A stretch of DNA of 64,000 nucleotides from Lachnospiraceae bacterium UBA1755 (GTDB lineage Bacteria; Bacillota; Clostridia; Lachnospirales; Lachnospiraceae): the NCBI GenBank assembly GCA_002314805.1, contig DCHJ01000038.1, positions 31,957-95,956 of the forward strand. The letters are read 5' to 3'. The position numbers and the translations under genes were made by a program. Numbering within the stretch: the first letter of the stretch is position 1; each line of letters starts with the position of its first letter. Under the pieces are notes generated by a model that was not told the DNA's origin, did no database searches, and worked only from the letters and a program-made list of their open reading frames with translations. Shown here piece by piece: positions 16,951-26,084 of the stretch.

Positions 16951-17247
16951 ATGACAAGTAAGCAGAGAGCACAGCTCAAGAGTCTGGCAATGACCATGGA
17001 TGCTATCCTTAACATAGGCAAGGAATCTCTTACAGAGGAGTTTCTCAGTGCAGCCGAGGAGGCTCTTGAGGCCAGAGAGTTAATAAAGATAAGTGTACTT
17101 AAAAACTGTGATGATGACCTCAGATCCATCGCTGAGGCTATCGCAGAGCACACCGACAGTGAAATTGTCCAGGTTATCGGACGCAAGATAGTATTGTTCC
17201 GTCAGGCAAGAAAGCCTGAAAACAGGAAGATCAGACTGGTTAAATGA
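16951..17247 (+). CDS. yhbY: YhbY/YqeI-type CRM-domain RNA-binding protein (ribosome assembly)
   Basis: MTSKQRAQLKSLAMTMDAILNIGKESLTEEF..ELIKISVL, 98 aa, in the position upstream of nadD that is typical of Firmicutes. Confidence 0.85.
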   Translation: MTSKQRAQLKSLAMTMDAILNIGKESLTEEFLSAAEEALEARELIKISVLKNCDDDLRSIAEAIAEHTDSEIVQVIGRKIVLFRQARKPENRKIRLVK

Positions 17248-17864
17248 AGAGGATCGGCCTTTTGGGCGGGACCTTTGACCCGATTCACAACGGTCACATA
17301 GTCCTCGCACGCAATGCATATGAACAGTTTTCACTTGACGAGGTATGGATGCTGGTATCACCTGACCCGCCCCACAAAAGGGAGCACAGCGTGACCGGAT
17401 TTCAGCACCGTTATAATATGGTACGCCTTGCAGCTGAAAAGGAAACTTTCATGCTCCCGTCTGATTATGAAGTACGGCTTACGCAGCCCTCCTATACAGC
17501 GCAGACTCTGCGGGAGCTCAGAAAAGACTATCCCGGATACAGGTTTTTCTTTATCATCGGGGAAGACAGTCTAGATGCCATCGAGACCTGGTATCATCCC
17601 GAGGAAGTTATGGCACCGACAGAATTAATTGTGGCAGTAAGGAGTGCGGGTGCGCATAGCAGATCCATAGGCGCCCAGACAGCATATCTAAAGGAGCGCT
17701 ACGGCGCAAGGATCAGTATCATAGATTCAGATTATGTCAATATCTCTTCCACAGATCTCAGGAACAGGGTTGCAGCGGGAGAGAGCATTGCAGGTCTGGT
17801 TCCTCCAAAGGTAGAAGAGTATATATGGACAGAGAAATTATATACAGCATCAGAGAACAGCTGA
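17244..17864 (+). CDS. nadD: Nicotinate-nucleotide adenylyltransferase
   Basis: GLLGGTFDPIHNGH motif. The start overlaps the yhbY stop by 4 nt. Confidence 0.9.
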   Translation: MKRIGLLGGTFDPIHNGHIVLARNAYEQFSLDEVWMLVSPDPPHKREHSVTGFQHRYNMVRLAAEKETFMLPSDYEVRLTQPSYTAQTLRELRKDYPGYRFFFIIGEDSLDAIETWYHPEEVMAPTELIVAVRSAGAHSRSIGAQTAYLKERYGARISIIDSDYVNISSTDLRNRVAAGESIAGLVPPKVEEYIWTEKLYTASENS

Positions 17865-18388
17865 AGGAATGCCTTTCAGAGCACCGGTATGAGCATACCC
17901 TCGGTGTGGAATACACTGCAGCAAGTCTTGCGATGAGACATGGTGCTGATGTCTATAAAGCTGAGCTGGCAGGACTCCTCCACGACTGTGCCAAGGGGTA
18001 TTCACAGGAGGAGCTGGCTGATCTGGCAGGAGATGAGGCGTATACACCGAACACACTTCATGCTGTTTGTGCTCCCATAATTGCACAGAAAAATTTCGGT
18101 ATCACTGATGTGGAGATACTTTCAGCTATACGATGGCACACGACCGGCAAGGCCAACATGGCTTTACTGGATAAGATCATTTTTGTAGCGGATTTTATCG
18201 AGCCCTGCAGGGATATGATCACAATTCTTCCGGAAATCAGGAAGTCTGCTTTTGATGATCTCACCTATGCGGTATTTCGAATTGCAGCTGAGACAATACC
18301 CTATGTGGAGATGCGGAAGCTGCCGATGGATCCGCATACTATCGAATGTTACGAATATTTAAAGGAGAACGGTATTCATGATAGGTAA
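17825..18388 (+). CDS. yqeK: HD-domain bis(5'-nucleosyl)-tetraphosphatase YqeK
   Basis: HRYEHTLGV...LLHDCAK HD motifs. Conserved nadD-yqeK-rsfS order. The exact start is uncertain because it overlaps nadD by 40 nt. Confidence 0.8.
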   Translation: MDREIIYSIREQLKECLSEHRYEHTLGVEYTAASLAMRHGADVYKAELAGLLHDCAKGYSQEELADLAGDEAYTPNTLHAVCAPIIAQKNFGITDVEILSAIRWHTTGKANMALLDKIIFVADFIEPCRDMITILPEIRKSAFDDLTYAVFRIAAETIPYVEMRKLPMDPHTIECYEYLKENGIHDR

Positions 18389-18728
18389 TAAAGAAGCATT
18401 GAAAATCGCAATTGCTGCTCTTGAGGAGAAAAAAGGAGAAAGGATAAAGGTAATCGACATCTCCGGAGTTTCCGTAGTGGCAGATTATTTTGTTATTGCA
18501 AGCGGTAAGAATCTCAATCAGATAAAGGCTATGGCTGAAGAGGTTGAAGAGAAGCTCGCAAAAGAAAAAATCAGACCGAAACAGATCGAGGGCGGCAATA
18601 CATCCGGCTGGATTCTTATGGACTACAGAGACTTTATCATCCACATCTTCAATGAAGAGCAGAGACTGTATTATGATATCGAGCGTATCTGGTCAGACGG
18701 AAAGGATCTGAATCCGGCAGAGATCTGA
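18378..18728 (+). CDS. rsfS: Ribosome silencing factor RsfS
   Basis: Iojap-like: ..IKVIDISGVSVVADYFVIASGKN..GWILMDYRDFIIHIF, 116 aa. Confidence 0.9.
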   Translation: MIGNKEALKIAIAALEEKKGERIKVIDISGVSVVADYFVIASGKNLNQIKAMAEEVEEKLAKEKIRPKQIEGGNTSGWILMDYRDFIIHIFNEEQRLYYDIERIWSDGKDLNPAEI

Positions 18729-18788
18729 CAGCGGCTATACCGGCAGTATACGGAATGCCGGTTAGAAATCCAAAAGTGAATATACCAG

Positions 18789-18826
18789 TTCGAAGGCGAG
18801 TGCTGCAGCACTCGCCTTCGAAATTT
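18789..18826. terminator. Perfect 15-bp hairpin after the yhbY-rsfS operon
   Basis: ttcgaaggcgagtgc-tgca-gcactcgccttcgaa followed by atttc. Lies between convergent rsfS and lexA. Confidence 0.65.
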
Positions 18827-19015
18827 CAGACATTATATTTAAGGAAATACTGATTCCATAAGCAACCGCTTTCAGATATCCCAAATGTACAAGAATCAAG
18901 GCCTCTCTTGAAAACGCTGCAGAAAAAAGTATCCTTGATCAGCAGTCTCTTAATGAAGTAAAAGGAAGCGGTACAGGGATATAGAGCGCTCAGGGGGCAT
19001 GTGCATCCCTGAAAG

Positions 19016-19624
19016 TCACATCATACGAAAAAGTCCTATTACCTTGCCTAGTACTGTGACGTTGTCCACAATAATAGGATCCATGGCATCGTTCTCAGGC
19101 TGGAGTCTGTAGTGACCATTCTCACGGTAGAAGCGCTTGACCGTGGCTCCATCCTCAACAAGTGCAACGACGATCTCACCGTTTCTGGCGGTGGGGACAC
19201 GTTCAACAAGAAGATTATCGCCGTCAAAAATGCCGACGTTGATCATGGAATCGCCCTTGACCTTGAGCATAAAGGTCTCTGCATTGGGAAGGAAATCTAC
19301 CGGGATAGGAAAGTAATCCGTGATGTTTTCCTCAGCCAGCAGTGGAAGACCTGCCGCAACCCTGCCGAGCATCGGTACATTGGTAAGCTCACGTTTTGTA
19401 GGATTGAAGTCCTCGTCTGTGATCTCGATAGTCCTGGATTTATCCTTGGCTCTGCGTATATAGCCCTTTTCCTCAAGATTATTGAGCTGAGCGAAAACAG
19501 AAGAGGTCGATCTGAGATCAACTGCTTCGCCTATTTCCCTTACCGAAGGAGGATAATTCTTCTTTAAAACATAATCTTTAATATATGCAAGGATCTCCTG
19601 CTGCTTCACAGTTAATTTGTCCAT
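19016..19624 (-). CDS. lexA: SOS repressor LexA
   Basis: MDKLTVKQQEILAYIKDYV..PPSVREIGEAV, then the S24 peptidase part ..VAAGLPLLAEE..MLKVKGDSMI. Start is the ATG at 19624 after AAAGGAG. Confidence 0.95.
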   Translation of the reverse strand: MDKLTVKQQEILAYIKDYVLKKNYPPSVREIGEAVDLRSTSSVFAQLNNLEEKGYIRRAKDKSRTIEITDEDFNPTKRELTNVPMLGRVAAGLPLLAEENITDYFPIPVDFLPNAETFMLKVKGDSMINVGIFDGDNLLVERVPTARNGEIVVALVEDGATVKRFYRENGHYRLQPENDAMDPIIVDNVTVLGKVIGLFRMM

Positions 19625-19657
19625 AGCCGCTCCTTTCATACCTGATCTGTATGAATT

Positions 19658-19752
19658 ATAACATATGTTCGACAAATATGCAAACTTATGTTCGTTTTTC
19701 TGCTTGACAAACGTACGTTCGAGCAGTAAGATATTTCCAGAACATAAGTTCG
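19658..19752. promoter_or_regulatory. Four Firmicute-type SOS boxes over the divergent lexA and yneA-like promoters
   Basis: Boxes read on the informative strand: CGAACATATGTTAT (19658-19671), CGAACATAAGTTTG (19681-19694), CGAACGTACGTTTG (19708-19721), AGAACATAAGTTCG (19739-19752). lexA promoter: TTGCAT-17-TATAAT (19683-19655, minus strand). yneA-like promoter: TTGACA-17-TAAGAT (19704-19732, plus strand). Confidence 0.8.
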
Positions 19753-19762
19753 GAGGACGCGT

Positions 19763-20056
19763 ATGAAAAGATGGATCTTACTTTCAATATCATTAGTTCT
19801 TGCAGTGGGTATCATAATCTGTTTCACATCTGTATCCGTTAAGGCAGAGACCCAGGAGAAGATAAGTACAACAGCCGTATACGATTCAATTAAGATCGCT
19901 CAGGGCGAGACCCTTACAGATATTGCACGTGAGTATAATACCTCAGGTGTTTTCACAGACAGTGAGTATATAGAGAAGATCAAGCGCATCAATAATATTT
20001 ATACCGATACTATACATGCCGGATGTTATCTCGCTGTTATACGTTTCTGTGAATGA
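19763..20056 (+). CDS. YneA-like SOS-inducible cell-division inhibitor (TM segment plus LysM domain)
   Basis: N-terminal TM segment WILLSISLVLAVGIIICF. LysM-like YDSIKIAQGETLTDIAREYN...YTDTIHAGCYLAV. Divergent from lexA behind SOS boxes, as for B. subtilis yneA. Confidence 0.6.
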   Translation: MKRWILLSISLVLAVGIIICFTSVSVKAETQEKISTTAVYDSIKIAQGETLTDIAREYNTSGVFTDSEYIEKIKRINNIYTDTIHAGCYLAVIRFCE

Positions 20057-20329
20057 CTGCCTGGTATCACAGCATATAAGTGACTGTTCATATGTTCTTT
20101 TGCTCTGTCAGTATCATGTATTCCGTCTCCCCACGGAAACTGCGAATGAACGCATCGGTGACTACGCAGTCGTCTTACAGAATCCGTCTACCCGGATATG
20201 AGACAGACATAAAGCCGACTTCCGACTTCATCGGTCAATGACATATTACTTCGTTGTCACAGAATATTTTATGGAAAGAGCTGTGGCATAATGATACAAT
20301 ATGAATCAGTGACAGGAGGTGAAGTCGAT

Positions 20330-20914
20330 ATGAATTCCAAAGATAAAACAAAAGAATTTATAGTTCCCGGATGGCTGAAGTTAGTGATTATCGCCGTAAT
20401 GCTGTTTCTTGTGATATTGAATATCCTTTCGTCATTATCTGCAAACTTATCCGACAATATTGTATACGGTATTTGTTCCAAAAGCTTTATAGCACTGCCT
20501 GTATTATCAATACTTTATGAGTTAAAACGTGTCTATCTCCGCAAATCTTCATATTTTAAGATCTTTACAATAGTATTCGCAGTTGGAACTGCTTTTCTTA
20601 CAATTGTATTCCTTACCTGTGGTCTTGGATGGTTCCATGTGGCAATCTTTGGAATACAGATACTCAGCCTGCTTGGTGTCATAATTGACCGTGACATATA
20701 TCTGGAGAAATCATTCTTATACGGTATGGGAATCGTTAATCCGGCATTCATAAATCTGATGATATTTATCTTCAGAGCATCAGTGATCAATTCCGTAATA
20801 AATATTACAAGCCTCATGATCACCAATCTGGTTATTGCCGTATTCTACATATTCATGCTTTATTCCAGATACCGCAACAGTCATCTCAAAATTGATAATA
20901 AAGACGATCAGTAA
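20330..20914 (+). CDS. Polytopic membrane protein, function unknown
   Basis: Start at MNSKDKTKEF after AGGAGG. About 5-6 hydrophobic segments. No recognisable motif. Confidence 0.55.
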   Translation: MNSKDKTKEFIVPGWLKLVIIAVMLFLVILNILSSLSANLSDNIVYGICSKSFIALPVLSILYELKRVYLRKSSYFKIFTIVFAVGTAFLTIVFLTCGLGWFHVAIFGIQILSLLGVIIDRDIYLEKSFLYGMGIVNPAFINLMIFIFRASVINSVINITSLMITNLVIAVFYIFMLYSRYRNSHLKIDNKDDQ

Positions 20915-20950
20915 TCATGTCTTTAGTCGGAAGAGCAGTAAAATACCAAA

Positions 20951-20980
20951 GAAGGTCCGGAAAACGGGCCTTCTTTTTAT
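20951..20980 (+). terminator. Rho-independent terminator
   Basis: gaaggtccg-gaaaa-cgggccttc (one G-U pair) followed by tttttatt. Confidence 0.7.
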
Positions 20981-21204
20981 TAACGGGCTGTATATCTGAT
21001 GAACCGGAATATGATGCTGGAGTATGGCTTTCTATATCTAACTATTCGCGAAACACCACTTTAACAAATAGTTGTCTGTATTTTCAAAGGTACGTATCTG
21101 TTAACGAGTTTGCGTTGCGTGAAGCACGGCTTACAGATATAATAAATTCCGTGAGCATGTAGCTCTTTAACAATATGACATTTGATTAATGAGGCAATTG
21201 ATTT

Positions 21205-22167
21205 ATGGACCTGCTTTATGCACTTCAGACCATCAGAACAGCTTTTCCTGAATGGATCGTATTTTTCATATCGGCGTTTTCTGACAGCGTGATCCTGCTG
21301 GCACCGGTTATTTCGTTCTTTACATTCTGGACAATAGACAAAAAGAAAGGATCTTATATGTTCGTTTCTCTCGCAGCTGCACTTTTATTAAACGAACTTA
21401 TTAAGGTCACTTTCTGCGTGTACAGGCCATGGATACTTGATGCCAGGCTGACACCGGCTGTGCAGGCTGTCGGTATGGCGACAAATTATTCTTTCCCCAG
21501 CAGCCATAGCTGTGCGTCAGCATCAGTATGCGCATCACTGGCATTCGCATTTCCCGGACACAAAAAAAGGACTGTGATCACATCCATCCTTGTAATATTG
21601 ATATTATTTTCGCGCATGTTCCTTGGATGTCATACCTTGGCGGATGTCTGTACAGGTGCCATCATCGGATCAATTATGTCCATTATCATGCGCCCGATGC
21701 TTTCTGATACATTTGATGCAAACCGCTTCGCAAAGATTTTTTTGCCCGTATCCATTTGTCTGGCATTTTTTAGCGTGATTTATATTCTTAATAAGACTTA
21801 TCCCCTGGATTACGCTCCGGATAAAAGCCTGATCGTTGATCCAAGGGATATGTTTCCTGATACAGTGGCAAGCTGCGGTTCGATTGCCGGTTTAGGGATC
21901 GGAATGTTCCTGGAGCAGAAATTTATCGGTTTCCCTATGTCTGCGTCGAAAAAAGAAACAATTTTGCGCTGTACTGTCGGAGCATTCTGTTTTGCGCTTA
22001 TGTATGTGGTCATACTGAAGATGCTTTTCTTGGTCATGGATCCTTCATCAGCCAAATTCCTGCGCAATTTTATCTGTGTTTTGATATTTACGGCTGCGTA
22101 TCCTGCGCTTTTCAAGACCCGTTTGTTTAAGGTCAGGCAGGATAAGCATACTGTTTCTATTCATTAA
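21205..22167 (+). CDS. PAP2-family membrane phosphatase with a C-terminal membrane extension
   Basis: PAP2 motifs: KVTFCVYRPW, SFPSSHS, LGCHTLADV. Promoter TTGCGT-17-TATAAT lies about 55 nt upstream. Confidence 0.8.
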   Translation: MDLLYALQTIRTAFPEWIVFFISAFSDSVILLAPVISFFTFWTIDKKKGSYMFVSLAAALLLNELIKVTFCVYRPWILDARLTPAVQAVGMATNYSFPSSHSCASASVCASLAFAFPGHKKRTVITSILVILILFSRMFLGCHTLADVCTGAIIGSIMSIIMRPMLSDTFDANRFAKIFLPVSICLAFFSVIYILNKTYPLDYAPDKSLIVDPRDMFPDTVASCGSIAGLGIGMFLEQKFIGFPMSASKKETILRCTVGAFCFALMYVVILKMLFLVMDPSSAKFLRNFICVLIFTAAYPALFKTRLFKVRQDKHTVSIH

Positions 22168-23347
22168 CGATATCGATGATACAGTATTCTGAGCAGCCTG
22201 CCGTACGTATCGGATAAGACCAGCCGGCCAGACCGGATGTGATTATTGCGGTAGCAGTGCCTTCTCCGTCCTTTGCCGGTCCGTCAGCAGGAGCACGTAC
22301 ATTCCCATCCTGCGTGATAAGATATCTGCCATAGTTCACATGTTCGTCGTTAAAAGGTACCAGGAGGAGGCTTGACGGAAACAGTTGCCCTGCATGAAGA
22401 TGTCCGGCCAGAGCAAGATCCGTGCCGTGCTGAGCCAGCTGTGCATATTCTGACGGCTGATGATCGGCCACAAGTATGAATTCGCTTACATCAACACCCT
22501 CAAAAAGCTCATCCAAAGACTTCCTTATCCTGTCATACTTGGTTGTGGCATCCTCACGTCCAAGCATATTAATACCGTTACCCAAATCAAGCCACTCATC
22601 CTGCAGTACTGCTATCCCGTTGCTCTCACACTGATCAATGATCCATTGCTCAGAGAAAACACTCTCCTTATAATCAGCTGTACGGTCATGGTTCCCGAAA
22701 ATATAATAAATACCATCCTTAGTCTTTATCGATCCGAAGGCAGCGAACATCTCTTCTACAGCTTCCTGCTGCGAATTGAAATCGAGCATATCTCCTCCGA
22801 GGATCACGATGTCAGGCTGCGCACCAGCAATTCTACGGCAAATAAGCTCATAATCTTCTGTGTCATTTGCTATTCCGCAATGTACATCTGATACGAAGCA
22901 GACCCTGTATCCTCCATCTGTGATTTCTTTCGGCGTTGTAACGGTATAATGCGTCTCCCGAACGCTGCGCATATTGATAGAACCAAAGATAAAATATCCG
23001 GTTATCAGGACTATCGGGATAAGACAGTATCCGAATATTCTCTTCCACACGTGCCTGCCTGCTTCATCATTGGTTTTGCCGGAGGCCTTTCGGATTATGA
23101 GATCGATCAGAAGCACCAGCAGATCTGTCAGTGCGATCAGATACAGAAAAATCGCCACTCCCGATGTCACATGGCTCATAAAATGCCACGCGCCCAGACA
23201 CAGCAGGATGTCCGCACATACCCATATCGGCTTAGTATGATCTGCACCTGCAGTCCTGAAGATCCTGCGGAATAAGAAAAAGTAATATACTGTCGGTACA
23301 AGTGCGAATAATATAAGCACAAGTGTCATGTATTTGTATGCTTCCAT
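22157..23347 (-). CDS. Membrane-anchored metallophosphoesterase (YkuE-like)
   Basis: N-terminal TM segments, then calcineurin-like motifs: SDVHCG, LGGDMLD, GNHD, ADHQP, GHLHAGQ. Confidence 0.8.
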   Translation of the reverse strand: MEAYKYMTLVLILFALVPTVYYFFLFRRIFRTAGADHTKPIWVCADILLCLGAWHFMSHVTSGVAIFLYLIALTDLLVLLIDLIIRKASGKTNDEAGRHVWKRIFGYCLIPIVLITGYFIFGSINMRSVRETHYTVTTPKEITDGGYRVCFVSDVHCGIANDTEDYELICRRIAGAQPDIVILGGDMLDFNSQQEAVEEMFAAFGSIKTKDGIYYIFGNHDRTADYKESVFSEQWIIDQCESNGIAVLQDEWLDLGNGINMLGREDATTKYDRIRKSLDELFEGVDVSEFILVADHQPSEYAQLAQHGTDLALAGHLHAGQLFPSSLLLVPFNDEHVNYGRYLITQDGNVRAPADGPAKDGEGTATAIITSGLAGWSYPIRTAGCSEYCIIDIVNE

Positions 23348-23362
23348 AATCAGGTCTTTCCG

Positions 23363-23411
23363 ATCTATTTGGTATCTATTAATATCTATTAGTATCTATT
23401 AAATATCTATT
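23363..23411. repeat. Five direct ATCTATT repeats at 10-11 bp spacing just upstream of the metallophosphoesterase gene
   Basis: ATCTATT occurs at 23363, 23374, 23384, 23394 and 23405. The array fills most of the 89-nt spacer. Confidence 0.75.
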
Positions 23412-23436
23412 CCGTTCTTCTGTTTCTGTGCCATGA

Positions 23437-25026
23437 TTACTTATTTTTACCGTAATCAGTGATTCCCTTACCCATATTCGGATAGAAATGCGAATACCTC
23501 ATGTCTACAAGGAAAATCGCAAGTAATACTGATGCAATTGGCCATTTGACCTTGCCCGGAACTTTTTTCAGCAGATCGTCCAGGGCCGGTCCTGCCACAT
23601 ACACCGCAAAAACTCCTGCAACGCAGAATACAAATAGACCTTCGAAACAGATCCTGCCGTTAAGATTGAGGAAATAATTGGTATAATCCCACCATTTTGT
23701 ACCCTTTGTAATTTCAAAATACCAATGTGCCACATATTCCAGGATACCGCATCCCACAAATATCGAGGCGATCAGCAGTCCCGGTTTCTTAGCAAATCTG
23801 TTTAAGAAATACACTATTCCGGCCCCTCCGAAGCCATATATCGGCAGCCACGGTCCATGCATCATACCACGGTTGATAAATACGCCATCCTTTACGATAT
23901 GGATCAGTACTTCCCAACACCATCCAACGATCGCAAAAATGAAAAACATAAGGATTATATTGATGATAGAGTACTTTCTGATCGGATTCCTGTCTTCTAT
24001 CATCTGACCGAACTTATTGGGCTTTAATGCCTTAGGAAGGAATGCTTCAGTTTCACCTTCAATGATATATGAATACCTGACATTATCTGTTATTGCCTTT
24101 TCACGCAATGCGACATATACCCTGCCGGTTGCCAGATAAAACGAGGGTGTGATATATAGCAGGTTCAAAAGGCCAAGCGTTATGATTGAAAGGACGTCCC
24201 ATCCTATATAGCTTAAGCGGAGCTTTGCTATCTTCCACTTGTTGCCTTCCATCATGGTCTTTGACAGGATCACACTTTCTTTAAGCGGAGCCCTGGGATT
24301 TGTCGCCATGATGTAAGGTACCATCGATGTCATTATATAAAGATACAGGAAGAGTCCAAATAACACAGCCCCGATCACCAGCAGCGCTATAGCCAGTGCT
24401 AATGAGGCGGTATTCGCGATAATTGTGAAGCCGCCTATTATCGCTGCAGCAGAAGCCATAAGAATAATATCAAGGCATATCTCCCATCGGAATAGCACCC
24501 ATATTATGTTCATAAATCCGTTGGAACGGAACATCACAAACAGATCCGCAAAATGTATCTTGTGATCCGGCTTGCCGGCATCGATATTTATCCTGCAGAA
24601 TCCAACCAGCAAAACATTACCGATAAAATGCCAGAATACCAGATATACGATCAATGCAACTATTATCAGGATTTTAGCTGCAGCATCATTCGCAAAGAAA
24701 AACTGGTCGATTGCGCGTGCGATACCATATATATTTCCGCCGCGTCCCTTTGAAGTCTCCATGACCTCCTGTGCTATAGCCAGCTGCCTGTCCTTGCCTT
24801 CTCCATTAAGGATGCTGTCAAGATATCTGATAAGACCGGGGGTATACTTGTCATCAGCAGTTGTCCTTACTCCGGTGACAACATCCCTGTCCATCGAGAT
24901 AAATTCCGTACCATTACCGGGCAGTATACCCAGGAACAGCAAAAGCGCGCACAATATTACAAGAACAAGATAATTCTTCTTAAGTATCTGATTCGCATCC
25001 TTCTTTGCACCTTTTATAGTCCACAT
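23437..25026 (-). CDS. Membrane protein fusing a DUF975-like N-terminal part to a C-terminal 'putative ABC-transporter type IV' (PF06541-like) domain
   Basis: Start at MWTIKGAKKD after GAGGGGGA. DUF975-like: GNKWKIAKLRLSYIGWDVLSIITLGLL. PF06541-like: FAIVGWCWEVLIHIVKDGVFINRGMMHGPWLPIYGFG. Family names are recalled, not searched. Confidence 0.6.
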   Translation of the reverse strand: MWTIKGAKKDANQILKKNYLVLVILCALLLFLGILPGNGTEFISMDRDVVTGVRTTADDKYTPGLIRYLDSILNGEGKDRQLAIAQEVMETSKGRGGNIYGIARAIDQFFFANDAAAKILIIVALIVYLVFWHFIGNVLLVGFCRINIDAGKPDHKIHFADLFVMFRSNGFMNIIWVLFRWEICLDIILMASAAAIIGGFTIIANTASLALAIALLVIGAVLFGLFLYLYIMTSMVPYIMATNPRAPLKESVILSKTMMEGNKWKIAKLRLSYIGWDVLSIITLGLLNLLYITPSFYLATGRVYVALREKAITDNVRYSYIIEGETEAFLPKALKPNKFGQMIEDRNPIRKYSIINIILMFFIFAIVGWCWEVLIHIVKDGVFINRGMMHGPWLPIYGFGGAGIVYFLNRFAKKPGLLIASIFVGCGILEYVAHWYFEITKGTKWWDYTNYFLNLNGRICFEGLFVFCVAGVFAVYVAGPALDDLLKKVPGKVKWPIASVLLAIFLVDMRYSHFYPNMGKGITDYGKNK

Positions 25027-25187
25027 AAATATCCCCCTCGAAGCAAAATGAATTCTAATATTCACTATCAATATACTGACAAGCTGTAAATATATTCTAC
25101 CATATTTTGTATCTTAATTGACTATCCTCATCTGTTTTTTTATAATTCTCATTGAAGATTTCGTTAAATTATATCGCAGAGGCATTT

Positions 25188-25919
25188 ATGGAATTACAAA
25201 AATTATACAGCTACACCCGAAAAGCCGTTGAAGATTATAACATGATCTGTGAAGGCGACCATATCGCTCTTGGCATATCAGGCGGTAAGGATTCTATCAC
25301 CATGCTTTATGCACTGGCAGGACTGCGCAGGTTTTATCCAAATCATTTTGAGATCTCAGCCTTTACAGTTGATTTAGGGTTTGCGGGTTTTAATGACAAG
25401 CTCGATGGCATCCGAAAGCTATGTGAAGATTTTAAAGTGACCTATACCGTGATCCCTACTCCTATAGCAGAAATCGTCTTTTCTGAACGTGAAGAAAAAA
25501 ATCCGTGCAGCCTTTGCGCCACATTACGAAAAGGCGCCATGAATGATTTTGCAAAGCAGCAGGGCTGCAGCAAGATAGCATTTGCTCATCATAAAGATGA
25601 CATGATCGATACTCTCCTCCTCAGCCTTATCTACGAAGGTCGTATCCATACATTTGCGCCTAACACATTCCTGGATCGTACCGAACTGACTGTAATTCGT
25701 CCGCTTATGTATGTCCCCGAAGTGGATATTATAGGTTTTCAGCATAAATATGAACTGCCGGTAGTAAAGAACCCTTGTCCCAAGGACGGTTACTCCAAGA
25801 GGCAGTATGTAAATGATCTTGTAAAACAGCTGGAAAAGGAGAACCCCGGCGTAAAGCAGAGGATATTCCATGCAATCAGGCAGAGCTGCTTTGATGAAAA
25901 AGGGTACAATGAAAAGTAA
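25188..25919 (+). CDS. PP-loop ATPase, TtcA-like tRNA thiolation enzyme
   Basis: SGGKDS PP-loop. Cys motifs CSLCATLRKG and NPCP. Start at MELQKLYSY. Confidence 0.8.
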   Translation: MELQKLYSYTRKAVEDYNMICEGDHIALGISGGKDSITMLYALAGLRRFYPNHFEISAFTVDLGFAGFNDKLDGIRKLCEDFKVTYTVIPTPIAEIVFSEREEKNPCSLCATLRKGAMNDFAKQQGCSKIAFAHHKDDMIDTLLLSLIYEGRIHTFAPNTFLDRTELTVIRPLMYVPEVDIIGFQHKYELPVVKNPCPKDGYSKRQYVNDLVKQLEKENPGVKQRIFHAIRQSCFDEKGYNEK

Positions 25920-26084
25920 GAGCATTTCCTATGCGCATGCACGGATCTGAGCATAAGAATAATTAATGTACAGCAAATATGTGAAGATAAAGCAATTACT
26001 ATCTGAGGGATACCAGCGTTACCTGTATTTAATAGATTTTCTTTGCTGCCGGGTGCGCTCAATTTTACAGAAATCAGGTGCAAA

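Noticed and set aside
20917-21162. 81-aa plus-strand ORF after the membrane-protein gene
   Set aside because: It contains a good rho-independent terminator (20951-20980) near its 5' end and the PAP2 promoter near its 3' end. It has no RBS.
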